This document shows positions 56,873-64,000 of a DNA stretch of 64,000 bases, in pieces. The translations under genes and the position numbers were made by a program. The stretch comes from Candidatus Magasanikiibacteriota bacterium. GTDB lineage: Bacteria; Patescibacteriota; Patescibacteriia; Magasanikbacterales; UBA922. Within the stretch, counting starts at the first letter, position 1. The number at the start of each line of letters is the position of its first letter. The DNA lies in assembly GCA_041674805.1 (NCBI GenBank), contig JBAYVA010000001.1:24624-88623 (forward strand), given 5' to 3'. The notes beneath the pieces were generated by a model. That model did not search any database, was not told the origin of the DNA, and saw only the letters and a program-made list of their open reading frames with translations.

Positions 56873-58243
56873 ATGAAATCACTCGAATCAGTAGTCAATT
56901 TTGCTAAACAAAAGGGTTTTATTTTTCAATCATCAGAAGTCTATGATGGACTTGCTGCTGTTTATGATTTTGGACCTTTGGGAATTTTGCTCAAAAATAA
57001 TTTGCAAGAATTATGGTGGAAAGAAATGGTCCAAAGACACAATAATATTTATGGTTTAGACGCAGCTATACTTATGCATCCTCGTGTTTGGGAAGCTAGT
57101 GGACACGTAGCTAGTTTTTCGGATCCACTTGTAGATTGTAAAGAATGTAAGATGCGTCATCGTGCGGATCACTTGCTTGAGACTGTTGGTGTACAGGCTG
57201 ATGACAAAATGGGAATAGAAGTACTAAACAAACTTTTGCAAGAAAATAATGTTGTTTGTCCAAATTGTAAAGGTGAATTGACCCCTGCTCGTGATTTCAA
57301 TTTGATGCTTGAAACTCAACTTAGCAAGACTGATGATAGTAGCAAAGTCTATTTGCGTCCAGAAACAGCGCAAGGTATTTATGTCAATTTCAAAAATGTG
57401 CAGACTGCTACTCGCGCCAAAATTCCTTTTGGTATTGCACAAGTGGGCAAAGCTTTTCGTAATGAAATCACTACCAAACAATTTATTTTTCGTACCAAAG
57501 AATTTTCTCAAATGGAAATGCAATATTTTGTAAAACCTGAAACAGCTGAAAAATTGTATGAAGATTGGAAAACTTCACGTTTGGCTTGGTGGGAATCTTT
57601 GGGATTGAAAGCTGAAAATCTTCGCTATCATGAACACGAAAAATTGGCTCACTACGCCAAAGCAGCTTATGATGTTGAATACAATTTTCCTTGGGGTTGG
57701 AAAGAAATAGAAGGTTTGCACAATCGTGGTAATTTTGATTTGACTCAACATGAAAAATTTAGTGGCAAGAATCTCAAATATCGTGATCCTGAAACCAATG
57801 AAGAATACGTGCCATTTATTATTGAAGCTTCTTCAGGACTCGATAGAAATGTCTTTACTTTGCTGGTAGATGCTTATGAGGAGCTTGATGCGAGAAGTGG
57901 GGACGAAGATGCTAAACACGAAAAAGAAGTAGTACTTCGTATTCACAAAAGTTTGGCGCCAATCAAAATGGCAATACTTCCATTGTCAAAGAAAGAGCCT
58001 TTGCAAAATATTTGTAATGAAATTCAAAATACTCTATCAAAAACTTATATGACTCAGTATGATGAAACTGGTAGTATTGGTAAACGTTACAGAAGACAAG
58101 ATGAGATAGGTACACCTTATTGTATTACTGTTGACTTTGATTCACTAGAAGACAAAAAAGTGACTGTGCGTGATCGTGACACTATGGAACAAGAGAGAAT
58201 TGCGATTAGTGATTTGGAAAAATATTTTTCTGAGAGATTTTAA
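56873..58243 (+). CDS. glyS: Glycyl-tRNA synthetase, dimeric alpha2 type
   Basis: YDFGPLG, HPRVWEASGHV, a CKEC...CPNC zinc-like insertion and FRNEIT; the anticodon-binding C-terminus is present. Start at the ATG at 56873 (MKSLESV). The upstream extension in the ORF track is leader sequence. Confidence 0.88.
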   Translation: MKSLESVVNFAKQKGFIFQSSEVYDGLAAVYDFGPLGILLKNNLQELWWKEMVQRHNNIYGLDAAILMHPRVWEASGHVASFSDPLVDCKECKMRHRADHLLETVGVQADDKMGIEVLNKLLQENNVVCPNCKGELTPARDFNLMLETQLSKTDDSSKVYLRPETAQGIYVNFKNVQTATRAKIPFGIAQVGKAFRNEITTKQFIFRTKEFSQMEMQYFVKPETAEKLYEDWKTSRLAWWESLGLKAENLRYHEHEKLAHYAKAAYDVEYNFPWGWKEIEGLHNRGNFDLTQHEKFSGKNLKYRDPETNEEYVPFIIEASSGLDRNVFTLLVDAYEELDARSGDEDAKHEKEVVLRIHKSLAPIKMAILPLSKKEPLQNICNEIQNTLSKTYMTQYDETGSIGKRYRRQDEIGTPYCITVDFDSLEDKKVTVRDRDTMEQERIAISDLEKYFSERF

Positions 58244-58445
58244 ATTTTCTAAATATTATTTGTATGGTTTTACCTAATTATAAATTTGAAAAAGAAAATG
58301 GAGAGATTAATGGAATTCCTTTGGGTGTAAAAATTAGAGGTTCTGAACCTAAAAATGATAATGATAATTTTCATTATGTTAAAAAACTATTTTTGATAAT
58401 GAAAAAGATTCAAAAGAATTTTATGCAAAATTAAGTTTAAAGGAA

Positions 58446-58787
58446 TTGACTGAAAGATTATTAACATATCTGGGACATTTACCAAATTTGATAATACATA
58501 CTAGATATGATAGTTATGGTAATAAATTAGAAGATGTTGAATTACTTGAAAAACAAAAAATGTATAGAGAAGAAATTGAAAAAATAAAAAATAATTTTGA
58601 TAAAATAGATTTTTTGAAAAAAGATGGACTTGTTGCAAATAAATCAGTTTTTTTGGATTTTTTGGGTGAATTGGATAAGTTTATCGCAGAGATAGAAATT
58701 TCAAAAGAACTTTTAGAAGAAAAAGAATATGTGTTGTCTATTATGATTAAATTGAGAGAATTGATAGCAAACAAATTGCAGAATTAA
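58446..58787 (+). CDS. Hypothetical protein
   Basis: ORF only; Lys/Glu-rich and helical. Confidence 0.35.
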   Translation: MTERLLTYLGHLPNLIIHTRYDSYGNKLEDVELLEKQKMYREEIEKIKNNFDKIDFLKKDGLVANKSVFLDFLGELDKFIAEIEISKELLEEKEYVLSIMIKLRELIANKLQN

Positions 58788-58825
58788 AAAAATTAAAATT
58801 TAAAATTAATTTATTATATAAAGAT

Positions 58826-59104
58826 ATGAGTAGAGATTTTTTTTCAAATTCAGATTTTTTGTCAGGTAGTTCAAGAAGGGGACCTGATGATGAATTTTCT
58901 TATAATGGAGATTCTACAAATCCCATTGATGTTTTAAATGAATTAGGAATTGATTTTAATAATTTTAAGCTAGAAGATTATTTTGATGATGGTGTTGTTA
59001 TTGTACCACCAAAAATTTCAGTAGATAATAGAGAAAAATTTATCAATGCTATTTTAAAATTAAAAGAGCAGTCTGATTTAGGTAAAGAATCTTTAGATAA
59101 ATAA
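58826..59104 (+). CDS. Hypothetical protein
   Basis: ORF only. Confidence 0.35.
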   Translation: MSRDFFSNSDFLSGSSRRGPDDEFSYNGDSTNPIDVLNELGIDFNNFKLEDYFDDGVVIVPPKISVDNREKFINAILKLKEQSDLGKESLDK

Positions 59105-59164
59105 AATTTTATTTTAAAATTAAACCCCGATTTTATCGGGACTAAATTAAAAATTCATAAACAT

Positions 59165-60466
59165 ATGCCCCCAATCGAACCAAATAATGTAGTAAATAGC
59201 GTAACCACTACTACTAAAACTGGATATTTTAGTCGTATCGGAAGTTCTGTCAAAGGAATTTTCTTTGGATTTCTTATTTTTATTGCTTCTTTTGTTGTCC
59301 TTTATTGGAATGAAGGCAAAGTAGATAAATCAGATATTGCTTCTACTGCTACAGAAATTAGTGCGACTAGTTTGAATACTGATTCTGCTTTGGAAGGTAA
59401 GTTGATTCACGTGAATGGAGACTTGTCTACTGAAAATAATTTGTCAGATAGTACTTATCTCAAAGAGGGAAAATATTTAGCTTTGAATCGCAAAGTAGAA
59501 GTCTATTCTTGGGTAGAAGAAAGTAGTAGTAACACAAAAACCAATGTCGGTGGTTCACAAACTACAGATACTACTTATACTTACAAAAAAGATTGGGTAA
59601 ATGAAGCAACTGACTCTAGTACCTTTCAAGAACAAAAAGGTCATGAAAATGTAGACAAGTCTCTAGATAGTAATACTTGGTATGCCAGTAGCGCCAAAAT
59701 TGGTGTTTATGAAGTAGCACCAGCTAGACTTACTATGCCTGGATATTCCGAAATTACTTTGACCAAAGAAAATACTGTTTTGCCAGTAGTAATCGTGCCA
59801 ACTACAACAACAAAGACAGTTCCACAAAATGATTTGATGAAGGCTCTTAGTGCTAGTGATGATGATTTGAATGCTGAGTTTGGAACAAATACTAAAGTTG
59901 TAGAAGAAGTAGTCATTCCTGAAAAAACAAAAAATGTAGTATTAAATGGTAACTATGTTTATGTAACTGAAAAAAATGTTAGTACTCCAACAATAGGTGA
60001 TATGCGTGTTAGTTATAGTGCTGTTGCGTCGCCAGTATCTGTTACTTTGCTTGGTAGATTAAATAATAACAAAATTATCGCGATGACTGATGCAAAAACT
60101 GGTGTAGTTCTTTACCGTGCTTTTACAGGTACTTTTGAAGATGCTCTTGCAACTTTGCATACTGAATACAAAACTGCACTTTGGATTTTCCGTGTTATCG
60201 GTTTTCTGATGATGTGGATAGGTCTTGCTATGATTTTGGCACCGCTTAGTGTCTTGCTAGATGTCTTGCCAATTTTCGGTACTATTAGTCGCAGTGTTGT
60301 TGGTTTGGTTACTTTCTTAGTAGCTCTTGTATTATCTATTGTGACTATTGTTGTCTCTATGGTTTTGCATAATCCACTTGTTTTGGTGATTGTAGTTTTG
60401 GCTGTTATAATCTATGTAGTGAAAGTAATTAAAAAAGCTAAACAAAAGCCACAAACTGTAAGTTAA
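59165..60466 (+). CDS. TMEM43 / DUF1625-family membrane protein
   Basis: An N-terminal TM segment followed by WNEGK, a long extracytoplasmic segment and three or four C-terminal TM segments. This is the TMEM43 topology and signature. Confidence 0.5.
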   Translation: MPPIEPNNVVNSVTTTTKTGYFSRIGSSVKGIFFGFLIFIASFVVLYWNEGKVDKSDIASTATEISATSLNTDSALEGKLIHVNGDLSTENNLSDSTYLKEGKYLALNRKVEVYSWVEESSSNTKTNVGGSQTTDTTYTYKKDWVNEATDSSTFQEQKGHENVDKSLDSNTWYASSAKIGVYEVAPARLTMPGYSEITLTKENTVLPVVIVPTTTTKTVPQNDLMKALSASDDDLNAEFGTNTKVVEEVVIPEKTKNVVLNGNYVYVTEKNVSTPTIGDMRVSYSAVASPVSVTLLGRLNNNKIIAMTDAKTGVVLYRAFTGTFEDALATLHTEYKTALWIFRVIGFLMMWIGLAMILAPLSVLLDVLPIFGTISRSVVGLVTFLVALVLSIVTIVVSMVLHNPLVLVIVVLAVIIYVVKVIKKAKQKPQTVS

Positions 60467-60610
60467 AATGTTGGAATTATTTAAGATTTTATATTTGATA
60501 ATTCAATTACAACAAACATTAAGTGATGCAACATTTAGAACATTTTAACAAAATTTTAATTTAAGAAAGATATCTCGCTGTATTCTCAGCTCGATATGAA
60601 TTGAAACCCT

Positions 60611-61870
60611 ATGTACGAATATTTAGAACTAAAAAATAAAGCAAAAGTATATTTTGTACCTTTGCAAAATACAAAATCTTTGACTACTTTGGTAATGTTT
60701 CCTGTTGGTTCACGTTATGAGGCTGACAAAATGGCTGGTGTTTCTCACTATGTGGAACATTTGATGTTTAAGGGCACAAAAAAGAGACCAAGCACTCTTA
60801 TATTAACTCGTGAGATAGACAGGCTAGGAGCTCAATACAATGCCTTCACAGGCAAAGAATATACTGGTTACTACATTAAAGCTGACGCTAAATATTCAGA
60901 AGTTTCTATGGATATTTTGTCAGACATGCTTTTCAATTCCAAATTTGATCCAAATGAAATGGAAAGAGAAAAAGGTCCAATCATTGAAGAAATAAGAATG
61001 TACAAAGATAATCCACTCATGAATATTGAAAATATTTTTGAGGATTTGATGTTTGCCGGTTGTCCACTTGGTCGTGATATTGCAGGTACTGAAGAACATG
61101 TTCGTAGTTACAAACGTCCTGATGTTTTGAAATATCGTGATACTTATTATAGTCCAAATAACATGACGATTGTTGTTGCGGGAGCGATTGATGAAAAAAT
61201 AAAAGAACAAGTAAAAAAATATTTTGGAGCAGCAAAGAATAGTGGTGCAAAAAAGAGAGAATATATTCCTGCATGTTTTGGATCTACTGAAAAATCAAAA
61301 AGAATTGTGGTAGAAAAGAAAGATACTGATCAAGTACAAATGATGTTGGGTTTTCCAGGATTTAATCATGAAGATAATAAAAATTATGCTAGTTCTGTCA
61401 TGAACACTATTTTGGGTGGTTCTATGAGTTCTAGATTATTCATTCAAATTCGTGAAAGAAAAGGATTGGCTTATATGATTCGTTCCGGAGCTGGTCATTT
61501 TCGTGATACTGGTTATGTCTATGTTCGTGCTGGACTTGAATCAAAAAATATCAACAAAGCTCTTGATATAATAAAAAAAGAAATAGAAAAAATTTGTGAA
61601 AAAGGTGTTACCAAAAAAGAATTAGAAGATGCAAAAACACATATTCGTGGTTCTCAAACTTTGTCTTTGGAAGATTCTGCTTCTCAGGCAGATCATTATG
61701 CTGATGAAGCTTTGTTCTCCAAGAAAATAGAAACTCCAGAGGAAATATTAGAAAAGGTTGAAAAAGTTACAAATGAGGATATAATAAAGGTAGCAAGAGA
61801 AGTGTTCAAATGGAATCAAATGCGTATTGCTATTATTGGAAATGTTGAGAAGAAAGATGTTAAATTCTAA
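60611..61870 (+). CDS. M16-family zinc peptidase (insulinase-like)
   Basis: Inverted zincin motif HYVEHLMFKGT (HxxEH) near the N-terminus; length 419 aa. Confidence 0.8.
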   Translation: MYEYLELKNKAKVYFVPLQNTKSLTTLVMFPVGSRYEADKMAGVSHYVEHLMFKGTKKRPSTLILTREIDRLGAQYNAFTGKEYTGYYIKADAKYSEVSMDILSDMLFNSKFDPNEMEREKGPIIEEIRMYKDNPLMNIENIFEDLMFAGCPLGRDIAGTEEHVRSYKRPDVLKYRDTYYSPNNMTIVVAGAIDEKIKEQVKKYFGAAKNSGAKKREYIPACFGSTEKSKRIVVEKKDTDQVQMMLGFPGFNHEDNKNYASSVMNTILGGSMSSRLFIQIRERKGLAYMIRSGAGHFRDTGYVYVRAGLESKNINKALDIIKKEIEKICEKGVTKKELEDAKTHIRGSQTLSLEDSASQADHYADEALFSKKIETPEEILEKVEKVTNEDIIKVAREVFKWNQMRIAIIGNVEKKDVKF

Positions 61871-61902
61871 AGAGGAATGGGGAACGAGGAATGAGGAATG
61901 AG

Positions 61903-62006
61903 TTTATAAAGTTAAAAGTTCATAAAGTTATAAAGTATTTTTATTTTCAGAGGTAAATAAATTAAATTTATTTCTAAAACCTAGAACCTAAGTCACCTAA
62001 AACCTA
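61903..62006 (+). repeat. Family A array in inverted orientation (tttataaagtt...ataaagt, 61903..61936) followed by a family B reverse array (ctaaaacctagaacctaagtcacctaaaacctat, 61974..62006), ending 7 nt before the tpiA ATG
   Basis: Read directly from the sequence. A GAGGAATG x3 repeat also sits at 61872..61900. Confidence 0.55.
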
Positions 62007-62013
62007 TTTTAAT

Positions 62014-62748
62014 ATGAAATACATATTCGGCAACTGGAAAATGTATCTTGATTATAAGCAATCTGTTGAATTGGCTAATTCTTTAGTTAAAGAAAATTTT
62101 AAAAATGAAAATGTTGAGATTGCAGTTTTTCCAACGGCTTTGGCTATGAAAGAAGTTACTGGTGTTTTGCAAGAAAATTTTAAGACAGGTGCTCAAGATG
62201 CAGGGCATCCTTCTAAAGGTGCTTATACAGGAATGCTTTCCGCTGAAATGTACCAAAATGTTGGTTGTACTTATGCCTTGGCAGGACACTCTGAACGTCG
62301 TTATATCTTTGGTGAAACAAATAAAGATGTTCGTGCAAAAATAGAAAGTTATTTGGATGCTGGTTTGAAACCTGTCGTTTGTATTGGTGAAACTGAACAA
62401 GATAGAAATAATGATAAAGCCAGATATCGTCTAGCTAAACAAATTTTGCGTGCTTTTGAAGGTCTAAATTTTAAAGAAGGTCAAATTATTGTTGCTTACG
62501 AACCTGTCTGGGCTATTGGGACTGGTAATGCTTGTTTGCCTGCCGACGCTATTGATAGAATTGATTTTATCAAATTAGAAATAGCTAAGTATAGCAAAAA
62601 TACAGTGCCTGTACTTTATGGGGGTAGTGTAGATGAAAATAATGTGTTATCATATTTCAGTGAAGATGTAATAGATGGTGTTCTTGTTGGTGGTGCTTCT
62701 TCTAAATTAGATAGTTTTACAAATATTATTAAAAATGTTTTGAAATAG
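62014..62748 (+). CDS. tpiA: Triosephosphate isomerase
   Basis: GNWKM, AGHSERR, IGETEQDR, YEPVWAIGTG and GGSV. Confidence 0.92.
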   Translation: MKYIFGNWKMYLDYKQSVELANSLVKENFKNENVEIAVFPTALAMKEVTGVLQENFKTGAQDAGHPSKGAYTGMLSAEMYQNVGCTYALAGHSERRYIFGETNKDVRAKIESYLDAGLKPVVCIGETEQDRNNDKARYRLAKQILRAFEGLNFKEGQIIVAYEPVWAIGTGNACLPADAIDRIDFIKLEIAKYSKNTVPVLYGGSVDENNVLSYFSEDVIDGVLVGGASSKLDSFTNIIKNVLK

Positions 62749-62753
62749 TTTTT

Positions 62754-63656
62754 ATGTTAAATATTTTGCCATTTATTTTAATAGTATTATCTTTGATAAT
62801 AATAATTTTTGTAATTGTGCGTAAATATCCTCAGTTGTTGCTTTTGGATGTAGATACTTTGCCAGAAATTCAAACAGCAAGAAACAAAAACAAACTTATC
62901 ATGCGTAAGTCAGAACAAAGAGAAAAACAATATTATGCTAATTTCAAAAACAAGCTTACGCCTTTTATAAAATTACTAAAAAAAATTCAATTAGCTTTTC
63001 GTATTTTAGTAGGTAAAGTAGAAAAAAAATCCGGTGCGTGTAGAGGTATGATAGGGGAAATGTCAGTTACAAAAGAAGAAAGAAAAGAACAAGTAGTGAC
63101 TTCAAAAGATTTGGTAAAAGATGCTTTGAATGATTTGTCTCAAGAAGATTATCCTACAGCTGAGAAAAAATTTTTAGCTTCACTTAAATATGATCCAAAA
63201 AATAAAGAAGCTTACCGTGGTTTGGCTGCAGTGTATTATGCACAAAATCAAGTAACTGAAGCTAAAGAAACTTATAATTTTCTTTTACAATTGGATCCAA
63301 ATGATGAAGATGCCAATGTAAAATTGGGAGAAATTTATGAAGAAGAAGGAAACAAAGAAAAAGCTGTTGAGTATTATCAACAAGCTGTACTTATCAATCC
63401 AAATAATCCAGAAAGGTTTGTAAAAATTTATGATTTGCTTTTTTATTTGAAACATTATGAAACAGCTTTGGAAGCTGTTGAACAAGCTTTGGATATTGAA
63501 TCTCAAAATCCTAGATATGTAGATAATTTTATAGAAGTAAGTTTGATGTTGAAACGTAAAGATTTAGCTGAAGAAGGTTATAGACAATTGCGTATGATAA
63601 ATCCTGATAATCAAAAATTAGAAATTTTTAGACAAAGAATTGATGATTTGAAATAA
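62754..63656 (+). CDS. TPR-repeat protein with an N-terminal TM anchor
   Basis: TM segment ILPFILIVLSLIIIIFVIV. Tandem TPR-like helices (AEKKFLASLKYDPKNKEAYRGLAAVYYAQNQVTEAKETYNFLLQLDPND...). Confidence 0.6.
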   Translation: MLNILPFILIVLSLIIIIFVIVRKYPQLLLLDVDTLPEIQTARNKNKLIMRKSEQREKQYYANFKNKLTPFIKLLKKIQLAFRILVGKVEKKSGACRGMIGEMSVTKEERKEQVVTSKDLVKDALNDLSQEDYPTAEKKFLASLKYDPKNKEAYRGLAAVYYAQNQVTEAKETYNFLLQLDPNDEDANVKLGEIYEEEGNKEKAVEYYQQAVLINPNNPERFVKIYDLLFYLKHYETALEAVEQALDIESQNPRYVDNFIEVSLMLKRKDLAEEGYRQLRMINPDNQKLEIFRQRIDDLK

Positions 63657-63680
63657 TGTACAACTGTTAATAATTAGATG

Positions 63681-63709
63681 TTGACAATTTTGTCATTATA
63701 ATTTATCAT
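63681..63709 (+). promoter_or_regulatory. Candidate promoter for the tRNA-Thr/Tyr transcript (TTGACA, 17-nt spacer, TATCAT)
   Basis: -35 at 63681..63686 and -10 at 63704..63709. Confidence 0.4.
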
Positions 63710-63742
63710 ATGAGGGTTATCAAATAGGTATATGCGATCTTT

Positions 63743-63821
63743 CTCGATTTGATCGGGAGGTAGAGCATACGTGCCATCTTTCCCGACCTAGTCGGGAGGT
63801 AGAGCATCATACGTGCCATCT
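63743..63821 (+). repeat. Two degenerate tandem copies of a tRNA-Thr 5' segment (cgggaggtagagcat(c)atacgtgccatctt), each preceded by a small hairpin (cgat-ttg-atcg and cccgac-cta-gtcggg). The second copy runs into the genuine tRNA
   Basis: Copy 1 at 63754..63780, copy 2 at 63794..63821. ggtagagc plus gccatctt are pieces of the tRNA-Thr D-arm and acceptor. Confidence 0.55.
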
Positions 63822-63890
63822 TAGCTCAGCTGGTAGAGCTACGGTTTTGTAAACCGTCGGTCCGGGGTTCGAATCCCCGAGATGGCTCCA
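63815..63890 (+). tRNA. tRNA-Thr (anticodon TGT), CCA encoded
   Basis: GCCATCT TA GCTC AGCTGGTA GAGC T ACGGT TTTGTAA ACCGT CGGTC CGGGG TTCGAAT CCCCG AGATGGC T CCA. Confidence 0.85.
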
Positions 63891-63934
63891 AGTCAACATA
63901 AATAGTTGACTTTATTTTTAGAAAAATATATAAA

Positions 63935-64000
63935 GGGCAGATTCCCGAGCGGTCAAAGGGGACAGACTGTAAATCTGTTGGCTCCGCCTTCGAAGGTTCG
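63935..64000 (+). tRNA. tRNA-Tyr (anticodon GTA), type II with a long variable arm; 3' end truncated by the window edge
   Basis: GGGCAGA TT CCC GAGCGGTCAAA GGG GA ACAGA CTGTAAA TCTGT, then a long variable arm, TTCG... Confidence 0.7.

Noticed and set aside
1-64000. Alternative genetic code (UGA as Gly, code 25, as in Gracilibacteria/Absconditabacteria)
   Set aside because: Full-length conserved proteins are obtained with the standard code. ORF 46512..46877 ends with an in-frame TGA stop. No conserved gene appears truncated at TGA.

Overview
This window is AT-rich (about 30% GC), gene-dense bacterial DNA that uses the standard code (TGA stops the ORF at 46512..46877). The gene content suggests a Candidate Phyla Radiation (Patescibacteria/Parcubacteria-like) genome, but that is tentative: there is no obvious Shine-Dalgarno usage, there are giant surface proteins with a T4SS-pilin-like N-terminus, many DUF proteins, and a HisRS with a Lys-rich extension. 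Core genes: lepB, hisS, rpsU, a GatB/YqeY protein, ybeY, dgkA, ftsA, ftsZ, a TadA-like deaminase, tsaD, a short tsaB, rplJ, rplL, mreB, holB, frr, dtd, dimeric glyS, an M16 peptidase and tpiA. tRNAs: Ile(GAT) and Val(GAC) on the minus strand near 1.2-1.45 kb, Glu(TTC) at 28.2 kb, Thr(TGT) and a partial Tyr(GTA) at the window end. Accessory and envelope content: two adjacent secreted proteins (713 aa and 3698 aa) share an N-terminal two-TM pilin-like domain, and the giant one carries LamG, IPT and Cys-rich CGxG...EECD repeats. Three paralogous membrane proteins with D-x-D-x-D-G calcium-type repeats follow them. A processive GT2 gene is followed by an RPH/PEP-synthase-like enzyme and a truncated paralog that shares only the phosphohistidine swivel domain. 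A soluble VirD4/TraG-like ATPase is translationally coupled to a 572-aa protein full of CxxC repeats. There is an Avd-like four-helix-bundle gene. Non-coding structure worth a second look: (i) degenerate tandem copies of tRNA 5' segments carrying CTAG-centred palindromes in the leaders of both tRNA operons; (ii) a dispersed cccgac/gtcggg palindrome family; (iii) heptad arrays (GTTNTAG/CTANAAC) in inverted orientation bracketing the Avd-like gene, with an 'empty' inverted copy upstream of holB; (iv) AACTTTATAA arrays flanking tsaD; (v) an isolated GC-rich 19-bp perfect inverted repeat; (vi) an 11-bp-phased GAGATAA array downstream of a wHTH gene; (vii) a T-box-like leader on glyS. All calls are from reading the sequence and ORF translations by eye; no database searches were run.
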